From positions 124,016,709-124,080,708 of the forward strand of contig NC_068983.1 in assembly GCF_001194135.2 (NCBI RefSeq): a DNA stretch of 64,000 bases, in the 5' to 3' direction. Shown piece after piece: positions 42,201 to 54,200 of this stretch. How positions within the stretch are numbered: position 1 is the stretch's first letter; the number at the start of each line of letters is the position of its first letter. The notes under the pieces were generated by a model. The model searched no databases. It was not told the origin of the DNA and saw only the letters and a list, made by a program, of their open reading frames with translations. This DNA is from Octopus bimaculoides. Taxonomy: Eukaryota. A program made the translations under genes and the position numbers.

Positions 42201-45200
42201 CTCATATCAATATCCATGCTTGAAGTTGAATCATCATTCAAATAGAAAGAATCTTGTGAACTTTGCACTGTATTTTCTCCAGCCATATCTTCTTTCATAG
42301 AAGAAGAATCTCCATCTGAAAAATCGTATTTTTCATACAAACAAAATTCACATTTTTACAATCATTTTTGCAAAGAAAGTTACTGGAAAAGAAACATGCA
42401 CTAATATTTCAGATAAAATACATAATTCACTCTGGTTCAACAAATCTTCAGGTGTATACAATGAAGTTTTTTTGCAGAGACTAAATAGAAAACCATGCAA
42501 TAAGACTTGACTGGCATGCCTGAGGATTTTTTTTTTTTTTTACTGTTCAGACTACCAACTATTATAATCAGCATCACTGATTTTACTTTTTCTCATGCTG
42601 CTTTAAAGTTGGCTGAAACTCAAATACAATAACCAGGTTCTTCAGTTAATGTTTAACTACATAATTGTAGCTATAGTCAAGAATGTGTATGTGTGTTATC
42701 AATAAATCAGTCAATAAAAAGATAAAACGGAACAGAGAGGTAAGTCAAGCAAGCAGTTGAAATATCACAAGAATCTGTCCAAAATATTTGCAACATGCCA
42801 GTGCACTATATTAGTCTAAATGTAATCAACTTCACTAATTAGAAGTTCATTTCTTGCCTGATACTCAAAGTACTAAATAAAGAATGAAGTGTGATATTTT
42901 ATTTCATTCAGTCTTTCAAATAATTTATGCAATAAATTAGATTTATTGATTGATAAGGAAAATATGTAAATAAATTAATACCTTTAGTCGATAATTCTTC
43001 AAACATTTCATCCTGACTTCGTATACCAATGCTGCACAGCTGTGAAAAGCAAATTAATATTATTTTTTTAGAATTAGTAATAATAATTAGAGTGATTAAA
43101 AGTCAAACCATTATCAAGCAAATGAAAAAGTACCTCAGAATCTCGGTTTCGACATACTGTGCATACATAATCTGTCTGGCATTCATTGTCTTTAAAATGT
43201 AGTGAAAATGTACTATCTACAGTTTCAACACATTCTACATGAACATACCTAAAAAGAAAAAAAACGACATATTAAAACAACTTGTAAATAATTATAATGT
43301 AAAAATACACAAGTAATAACAAATAAATTAAAATGTTAATCAAATATCAAAAAACTTCATTCATAATATGAAATTAGCTTAAATAAAGTGAACTGGATTT
43401 TTTAATGTTAACACACAAATCTAATTTAAAATGCTAACACTGACCATTGAAAAAGGTAATTTGTTCAGTTCTATATTCAAGAGATGAGGAATTATGTACA
43501 TTATTTACATTTGATGGATATTTGTCCTCATCTTGTTTGTTGTTAACACAACGTTTTGGCTGATATACCCTCCAGCCTTCATCAGGTGTCTTGGGGAAAT
43601 TTNNNNNNNNNNGCTGATATACCCTCCAGCCTTCATCAGGTGTCTTGGGGAAATTTCAAACCTGGGTTCTCATTCCTAAGGTATTTTTCGATATTATTAT
43701 TATTCAGGTCACTGCCTGGAATCAAACTCGGAATCTTGGGGTTAGTAGCATATGGCATAGTGGTTAAGAGCGCAGGCTACTAACACCAGTTGCCGAGTTT
43801 GATTCCAGGCAGTGACCTTAACAACAAAAACAACAACATCGAAAAATACCTTAGGAATGAGAACTCTGGTTCAAAATTTCCCCAAGACACATGATGAAAG
43901 CTGGAGGGTATATCAGCTGAAACGTTGTCTTAACAGCAAACAAGATGAGGGCAAATTTCCGTCAAATGTAAATAATGTAAATAAAGGTAATTTGTTGACT
44001 AAATTTCTGGAAATTAAAATATTACAAAATTTTACTCACTTCTGACATATTTTACACTGCAGCATTGTCTTTTGAGTAAAATGCCTATAAGCTTTTCCAC
44101 AGAGAGGACAAGATAATCCTTTATTACGCTGTTGATAACAACTGTCACAAACGGAATAATTTAGGTGCCATCGAGAACTTGGTCCACTACCAGGTGTTCG
44201 TGAACCACAATCTCCACAAACTCGACAATTCTGAAAATAATATAATATTAAATGAAAATTTCTTTTTGTCTTAATTTTATTAATTTAGACCCATTTTCCA
44301 TGCTAAAATGAGTGGTGGTTTTTCACATACTTAGATGTTTTGGGTCTTTTGAGAGGTTTATGTGTGTGATAGAAAAAAATGCTGTTAAACATACTTAATG
44401 TTCTACTTTCCAAGTACATGACATTAAAACATCTTTTCCATTGTGTGCAGGTGTATCGAGATGGAAGTAAAAAGAATCGAGATCTCTGCTCTCCTGCATT
44501 GCAGGCCACAAGTCCAACATTGCCAAACAGCTCAACATCAGCCAGATGACTCTCCACAGAGTCACAGAGAGGCTCAAGAACAGGAAAGACTTCAAGTTGT
44601 CAACCGTTTGGCTGTGAGAAAGGCCTTTGAAAGTGATCTGAAACTCAAAATGACTGTGCTTGTGAAGAACAACAATATCTCGGTGGTCACGATGTCCAAG
44701 CCCATCAAGGAGGTGGTCAGCAAGAGCTTGAGGTGCACAGAAAGGCTTCTGCTCACTGACTGTATGCAAGAACAACGTCGGGAGTGCTGTCATCATCTTC
44801 TCAACAACTTTAAGTGTCATGGCAATCAAATACTCGTTTTTGCTTATGAAAAACCTTCATGATCAATCCAGTTGTCAACAAGCAGAACTACCGCATGGTC
44901 AGCTTTAGCCATGACATCTCTGAAGTCTGCTATGCGTCCACGACCAAGCATCTGTCCTCCATGATGATGCTCAGTATCATGGCTTTGAATGGCGAGAAGA
45001 TACCACCAGTGTGGTTCGCGGCTGGTTACAGGCTCACCACAGGGATATCTTGGCCACAGAAGTCCTGCCCTGGATGAGAAAGATCATGAAGAAGGCAGAC
45101 ATCTTTCAGCAGGATGGTACCCCGGCCCACATGGCCAAGGCTATGCAAGAGTGTTTGGGGGTCAAAGATGAATTTCTAGTTGAAGGACCCTTGGGTGCCC

Positions 45201-48200
45201 AAGTGGCCAGACCTCAAACCAATCAACTACAGCGTTTGTGTGCATGTCGAGAGCAAGGCCTGCAAAGTCCACGACAACAACGTTGACAAGCTTAAGTCTT
45301 CCATCAACCATGTATAGGCCAGCATGAGGAAGGATGTTGTCCACAACGTACATGACGTTCAGGTCTCACCTGGAGCACATGCTCACCGCCAAGAGTAGCC
45401 ACATTAATTAACATTAATATTTAAACACACATTTATATGTTAAAACAATAAAAGCATGCCTAACTGCAACTTCCTTATATTTTTATCCTGCCCTCATTAT
45501 TGCTACAAGCAGCCATATTACCAATTGCATTAATTTCCCCACATCACAAACATGCAAAGATCATAAGCACTTTCCCACTTCTAATTAAATAATAAAAATA
45601 GGAAAGATTAAAAAATTATGTAAAATACATGCCTTGCATTTCCATCCATTCTTTGGTGCTGCTGTCATCACAGGTTTTAAGCAAAATGTATGGTATCCTT
45701 TATCACAATTATCACAAAACAGCATTTTACTTTCCTCACCAGATTGTCTAGAAAAATACAATAAAAAAACACAAACATTTAATATAACTTCAAGCAATAG
45801 TCTGCACTCATTTCTAAAGCAATGCAAATTTGTTAAGTATTCCCTATATAAACATATTATTTTCCAATTAATACAAAGGACATCAACAACGTAGTACTTT
45901 GTATGAACAGCTATGGTGAAATTTCCAATTAATCTTTTTAAAAAATTCTTTACAGTTTTAATTGCAAAGAAAATAAATTAAATTTTCTCTCTCAGTCATT
46001 CATTTACATAACATGGCACTAGAAAGAGGGAGGAATAAATGTTAAAATCATGAAAATAATAAAGAAACATCAATTATTGTACATCTCATAACTACATCAC
46101 ACATTTCTACCAGCATGTTAACACATGCACAACAGAAAGAAAAGAAAAAAGAAGCCTGCTTTATATCCATGTTAATCTGATTTCTTAACAAAATTCACTC
46201 ATGTATCTAACAGCAAAACTTTGAAGGGTATAATTTCACAAAGGAAGTATAGAACTTAAATGTAAATATTACTAAATGCATTGAATTTTAGTATTTTCAG
46301 AATAGTAGAAATCACAAGACCTCCAACTTTAGTAGTTAAAAGTATAATCAATTACTGGGTTTGAAGGTAGGCGCAGCGTCCAGCAGGCACTCCAATGCTG
46401 GTGAGAACTGATGTTGTTAATGCTCAATTTAAACTGTTGCAAGGTAACAATGAAGAGGAAAGACATAAGCAGGGAGTAAATTTCAGAGGGGGCAATGTTT
46501 TGAGAAAGAAGGAATAGGCAGAGTAGTTAGTGCAGGCTCTAGGTGGGTTGGACAGAACAAAGATGATTAGAGAAGAGTTAAGAGGGTTGGGAGTGCATAG
46601 GTGGAAGAGACACAAGATCAACCAACTCAGAGGAACAGTGGTCATTATAGTAATGATTACAAAAATGGTAGATAAAGGAGACAGAATGCCTGTGGACCAG
46701 AGACTGTGAATTTATGTGTGAGTGACTGTACTTATTAACTGATAGGCCTTTTTCTGGTTGCAATTTAGGACATCTTTATGTCTAGCAGTAGTATTGTACC
46801 CAATGCAGAAACAAGAGTAAATACTCTATTATGGTCCTCACTTGAGCTTTGTTGAGTATCACAAATTGATGGAAGCAATTATCAGGGTGCAGTCCTAGCT
46901 AAATACAGTATGTACTTTTGCTAGAAGGAATCCTCAATGATAGCAAGGTTTAACACTTTGAACAACTGATTGCTCTAGTTTGAATGCAGCTCATATTTAA
47001 TGGAGTGCAATGGGGTTTTATTAATAAGGGGCATCATTAGATGTCACAGCAAGTATAATGATTAATGTATAGAAAGGAGGGAATGGAGGACAATAAGCCC
47101 AAAAGCATGACAGAGTTGACTGAAAGTGGAATGGAAAGAAGCTTTGTCAATACATCACAATGGTGCAATCTGATAGGAAGCTACTGATTCAAGAAATAAG
47201 AGATGAAGGGAGCCCATAAATGGGAAATTTCAATAAAAGATTCACAAACCAAATACAGTTGAAAACTTTGCTCATGTCTAGAGCAACAACACTGTTTTTA
47301 CCAAATGGGTGACATAATTAATGTCTGGCAAACTGGGACTCAACATTTTCTCCTAACCAATGAAACACTCAATTTTTCATTCCACATATATTAAAGAAAT
47401 AGAAAAGATTTGAAAAGTATTAACTTACTTGCAAGTAAGACATATTTTACATCTTGGACACTGCCACCCTGCTCGTACAGCAGGTTGAACTGCTACTGCT
47501 GGTTGTAAACAGTGGCCATGATAATGACCACCACAAGTAGTGCAAAATAGCAAAGAACAATTGCCAGACCATTTGCCACATGTAATACAGAGAGCCTGTT
47601 GACCAGCTGTAAATGAAATATATGTATAATATCTGAATAATTTGTTAATGGAAGTAAAATTAAAAATTACGAACTCAATATCAAACATTTAGTTGTGAAT
47701 AAACAAGAAAACTGAAAAAATCTGATGAAATTCTTACCAATGGTCTCTGCTTGGTCAGTGTGTTCTGGGCAGAGCAAAGACGGCCCTTTGATATCCTAAA
47801 ATATTAAAAGTACATACAATAACACTTTTATGAGAATTTGACCATGCAAAATATCTATAGGATCAGATATTTAAGTTCACAAATAAACTAAATAAAACAT
47901 TACAAAATGAACATTTAATCACAAATAACACTATATTCAAAATACCTTCACTTAATACTAATGTTACCAGTTGAGAACTAAAATATAACCTTAAATAACA
48001 AGAAAAACATTTCATATTAGTTAAGCCTATTTTAAAAAAGAATTCAAAATTTGTCTTAAGTATACAAAAGATTTAATTGAATTTAACAATATTTTTAAAT
48101 ATTGGTCTTAAATTTTGCACAAGGCCAGCAATTTTGGGGGTGGAAGTCAATTATATCAACCCCAGTGCTCAACTGGTACTTATTTTATCAATCCTAAAAG

Positions 48201-51200
48201 AGTGAAAGGTAAAAGTTGACCTTGGCAGAATTTGAAGTTAGAACATAAAGATAGACGAAATACTGCTAAGCATTTTGCCTGGCATGGTAACAATTCTACC
48301 AGCTCCACCACCTTGTCTCAAAAGATATATTCAAATAACTGACTTACTTGAAAACATCCACTGCTAGCTGCACATGGATAATGATATTTTTTCGTACAAC
48401 GAGGAATTCTGCAAGTTATTGTTGCGCCGTATCGATGACAGTAACTGCATTTCTGTAAAATTTGTTTTTAAAATGAACATATGCTATAAATTGTCTAAAT
48501 AATATTCACAAATTAGTTTCAACATCTAGTTTTCCCATTCCAACTCTTCCAAAAACTGAATAAACTCAGAAGCTGAAAATGTTGCCATTTTTAATCTAAA
48601 TCAAGAAATCTACCCTTCTGTTCATGTCTTTAACTTGTTCTTTATTTTTCAATTCAAGATTCACTCACTACACAGAAATTACAATACATATACTCTTTTA
48701 CTTGTTTCAGTCATTTGACTGCGGCCATGCTGGAGCACCGCCTTTAGTCGAACAAATCAACCCCGGGACTTATTCTTTGTAAGCCTAGTACTTATTCTAT
48801 CGGTATCTTTTGCCAAACCGCTAAGTGACGGGGACATAAACACACCACCATCGGTTGTCAAGCAATGCTAGGGGGGTGGCGTTAGGAAGGGCATCCAGCT
48901 GTAGAAACTCTGCCAAATCAGACTGGAGCCTGGTGTTGCCATCCGGTTTCACCAGTCCTCAGTCAAATCGTCCAACCCATGCTAGCATGGAAAGCGGACG
49001 TTAAACGATGATGAAGATGATGATGATGATATATACATATATACGACAGGCTTCTTTCAGTTTCCGTCTACCAAATCCACTCACAAGGCTTTGATCGGCC
49101 CGAGGCTATAGTAGAAGACACTTGCCCAAGATGCCACGCAGTGGGACTGAACCCGAAACCATGTGGTTGGTAAGTAAGCTTCTTACAACACAGCCACTCC
49201 TGCACTCATAATTCTATGAGAACTGCCACAACAACAATCTACACACTACAAGCATGAGCCAACAAGTAAGCCTCTACATATTCACTTGACCTTGTAGAAA
49301 TAGAAGCCAAATTTTCCTCAAACAAAATTCTATATCTTAACAAAAAGGACACATTTCCCATAAAAGATTATAACGAATGGAATGCCCTTGTTCATAGGTC
49401 TACTCAATCAGAGCTGACATTAGGTTAAAAACAATAACAATTAATTACCAACAACCATTAAATAATTTACAAGAGGGTTTGCTAAATAAAAACATACTAC
49501 AAACAGAACGCTTTCAACCAAAACCGGTATATCTTGTACTTCTTACTCTTCTCTCCATATACTCCAGACTTTTCTTACAGTTTAGACACATGGCCACAAG
49601 TTACAATAATTCCTTTAGCAGCTAAAGTCCCACAAATCAATGGATCCTGGCAGTATTTCAGCCATTATGAAATAGTATACTCCCAAGTTGACTCTTAAAC
49701 TCACTATGCTTTTTTTAGAATTTCTTTCTCTTAAGAATTTAATGTAAAATATGAAAGCATATTCATTAAAAAATCTAATAAAGTTGCCTGCTCTCAGTTT
49801 CCATCTAAATTGTGAACTATTTGTCAAGTTGTTCTATTGCAGCATGTGCTGATGAAAATCTTTGACTACACCTCATTTACCTGGTTGTACTTCAGCTCCA
49901 TCATTTCTTTATCATTCCTAAAACAGATACCAACACACTTTATAATCTCTAACTATACACACTCATACATAAATAACCACATGCTACAGCTCACTTTCAG
50001 CCAACCCCAACCACCTTCATAACACACTATTTTACCCCTATGTATTTCTGATCTCCCCTGTCACCATACTTTCCTCTCACACCATCCCACATTATCTCTA
50101 CTGCCATCTATTATATAACACAGTCTACAAAGATTTATTATATGGGGAAATAGCAGTGGTCATAATTTTTTTTTTATAAATCAATTTTCAAATGCTAATT
50201 AATATCTCTGTACCTACAAAGGTTAATTACATTGAATCATAGCACAAAAAAGGTTTCAAATCATAATACACAACTTAATCGCAAACCATAGTTCAACTCA
50301 TTATGTCAGTTTTTCAAATCTTTAATATCTCACCCTCTGCTTCTGGCCTTTACAGCTCAATTACTTTATATATGGCATCTCTGCTTGTTAAGATGCTTCA
50401 TGTTTCATATACAACTAGTTGTATAGCTTATAGTGGTTTTCAAAACAATATTTTAAATTATACATATTTTTCAAATGATTTAACACAATATTTAGAATTT
50501 CAATGTAATTTTAAATAGAAATTGTCAATGATTTTTAAAAGAAAAAATTACAAAATGACTTACCTGTGTCAAACCGGCAAAAACAGCTCTATCAACAAAC
50601 TGCAAGCTATCATCATCTCTCATTGTTACACCCTCAGACCAACATGCACAAGACTGATGACCCCATACATGTCCTGAATTAAATAAAAGACAATTGCATC
50701 AAAATATAGCTGATACTTAATAAAAATCATATTGAAAACATATTTTTTCATACAGCTTCACCACCTACATTTATTGCTATCTTTCAATCTCTTACATTAC
50801 TCTTTTCTCAATTTCCTTTTGTTGGCATATCACTTTCCCAAAATTCCAATATTATTTTCCCCAATCTTGTCCCCTTCACCCATCACTCCACTTAAGCTAT
50901 TTTTTTCTATTAAATCTCTCTATCAACAGTCACTATGTAATTACCCATCACTGTTTTTCTACCATTACTCCTCTCCTACATTTACATTATTATCACTGTT
51001 CCTCCCATCATAGCCATACTCAAAACTCCTTTCATACTCTCATTCTACTTCACTATATGCCATCATCCTCTCTTCTATTCACCCACTTAGTAATATCTGC
51101 CTTGAACAAATGGCAAAAATGTAAAGTAAAGAGGACTTTTAGCCCTGCACACAACAAAGTAACCTTCTTAGTGCCAATGCTATAATAAAGTATACTCAGT

Positions 51201-54200
51201 ACGCTCTACAATTTGGTTGGCAAACAGAGACAATGTTGCATCAAAAGGATTCTTTTGTCATACTGAGGACATGATAACCTCTTCAATGCTAGTGATGTAA
51301 TAAAATGCACCTAGTACATTCTGTAAAGTAACTGATGTTAAGAAGAACATCTAGCCACAGAAACCACACCAAAAATGGAATGTACTATCAAGATGGTTCA
51401 TCACACACCTAGGAGGACAGTAACTCCAAATGAAAACTGACTTAGAATGTAATAATCCATGCCAAGAAGGTAAATGAAGAATGTCAAAAGGTGGTGGAGG
51501 TGATGAAGATTTTTCTATCAAATTATTGAAAATACTAACATAAATCATAAGAAAACATTTTTACAGATTTAAATCATACTACACTAGCCATGCTAGCCAA
51601 GAAAAAGGGATTATAAACAGTAAAAGAAAGATAAACCATACACCTTTGATGTTTATGAACTTTTAATTCACAATCAATCACAGTTAAAAAGGACAATGCT
51701 CAACACATCTCCAATAGCTGCAGATCCTTCTACTTCAGGAGAATATGTTATTACAGTTGTTTTGTATCAATAACCTAAACAAATAAATTTGTTTGCAAGT
51801 TGCCTGCTTTAATATATTTTAAAACTTCTGGCTATCTCATTGCTCTTATAATATCAGCTATTTTATATGACCAGCTTGTTGAAAAGCAGTACACAAAATA
51901 CCAAACAAAATTTTTTTTATGAAATTCACAAAGAAATACTAAAAAAAAAAAAATTCAATTAAGTTACCTGTTATTTCATAAACCTGATGCACATCTACAT
52001 CTTCTGAATGACCAACCAAACTAAGTTCATCAACAATTGCCATGGGCCGTCCATCTTCATCGTGAATACTATGAGGATTTGGACGTCGTGGAGATTTACT
52101 TCGCTCTCTACAATCACAAAATTACATTGATACATTTCCGTTAAATCAAATACTTTATAAAAATAAATAGAAAAAAACTAAATTTTTATATAAGAAAATA
52201 GTCACAGTTTAATAATGATTAAGTATTAACAAAGAAACAAATGTTTATACATCCTCATGAAGGAGAATATACTTAGAACTCAATTATTAAGTAAGTCATT
52301 TGTCAAAACAAAAATTTAAGTCTGTCTGAAAACTACAGGATCATGTGGTGGAGCAGCTCCCAGTTTCTCAGATGTTTAAGCAACTAAGGTTCCTCCAGAA
52401 TGGGACACCAGTCCACTGCAAGATTAAACAACCCCCTCCCCAGCTACTGCTGGAGTACACTTTGGCTGAAGAGACTGGAGGTTGCTCAAGGAGACAACAT
52501 GCCACTCAATCTGGGAATCAAGCTGATGACTTTACAAACATGAATGAGCTTAACACCCAAACCACACCTTAAGCTTAATTATGAACAATAGATATTACCT
52601 AGCAGGTCTAGATGGGCCTCTAGGTCTTCTCCATGTTAAGTGCTTTGGATTTCTGTCGTTTCCTTTTTCATCAATTTCTGAAGATGTTCTCCTTGCTCGC
52701 TGAAGTATCCGCTTGAAAGGATTAAATCCAGGGGTTGGGTCATATTTTGACAATATTCCTTGACCAAGTAAGCTATTTTCACCACAGTTACAAAAGGAGC
52801 ATGTACGACTATTACTGTAAAATGAAAAGAATCAAAGAAAATTAATTCACAAGATGTTTAATTCAAAAATTTACATATGGAATGAAACTATATAATTTTA
52901 CTTCATTAAAAACAAAAATACTAGTGATATCACAGCATGAATACTAATAACCTATTCAAATTAGAATATGTATTTAAAAAAAAACACTTAAACATACGTG
53001 TTTTAATTTATCGCATTTTCCAGCATACAAGTCCATTTCTCAGACCCAAATTTACAGCCAAAAAGTAGGTCAACTTATACATCAAGACAACTTTAGGGGA
53101 CCAAGCAGGATTTGGAAAGAAGGTGATAATGTTTCAATGTTTACAGTACGTTTATTTTCACACTATATACTAGATCGATGAGTATGCCAGAAAATACGAT
53201 ATTTATATTGAACATATGAAAAATTACCTTAAAATTCCACTTGAATTCGAATCTTCAGAAAGTTGCCTGTCAGAAGACTGAATAATGCTGTTATCAATAG
53301 CCTCAACACAAGGATTATCTAGAAGCATTAAGAAAAAAATGTTTTTTCAATTACTATGTATGTTGTTGTTAGTTTTTTTCAGGCATCATCCACTCAACTG
53401 AATCTTTCACTAGTATAGTTCCTTTATCCAAAATACATATATGAGCACAGATGAGAATAAAGTAATAGCAACAAAAATTCCATTACAAATTGAGCATATA
53501 TATTTTTAAAAAAGCAATTTCCTATAATAGTGTAGCTCTTTCTATATCAAGTATACATGGTGAAGAAAAATAGCAACTGTTCCTTATCATTGAGTATATT
53601 AATTTCTTTTGACTTATCTCAATAAATCAAAATTAAAGGAGAAAGCGTAAATGAATGTTGTAATATCTAGGCATTTCCTGAAGACAATGTAGCATAAGTA
53701 AAATGAAACAACCACAGCTGGGAATCAAAAGTAAATCATATAACATTTTACACTAGAGTAACAGGAAATAGTATTCAACAGTTTTCTTGATTCTTGGATA
53801 TTAAAATATTACCAAAGTTTTGAAATTGCTGAAATGAATGTACAAATAGTGATGAACATGTACAAGCAAGAGATGGAAACCTATCCAAGAAATACATATC
53901 TAACTGTTGCAGTAATTATATTTTCTGATGATAGCAGTTTTCAACAATGGATTGGTCACTAAAGAACAGTAATCAGCAAAACAATAAATTAATATTTGCT
54001 GCCTTTCTACAGATGAACTTTCTTCTGTGGCTTTTCAAGTTAAAAAAATTGCTGTTGAAACAAAATTGTAAGTTCACCCAACGACAGTTGAATCAAGCAG
54101 TGCTAGAACTGTTTGATAAGACCTAGCCTAAAAATTCAGTCTAATTTGAGATAACTGAACTTCAGGGCAAACATAAATTATTTCAATCATTTTATTCTGC

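Noticed and set aside
43556-43660. Tandem duplication of the hammerhead region in element B, which would allow a cis dimeric ribozyme
   Set aside because: The two identical copies flank a 10-N gap, the typical signature of an unmerged contig overlap.
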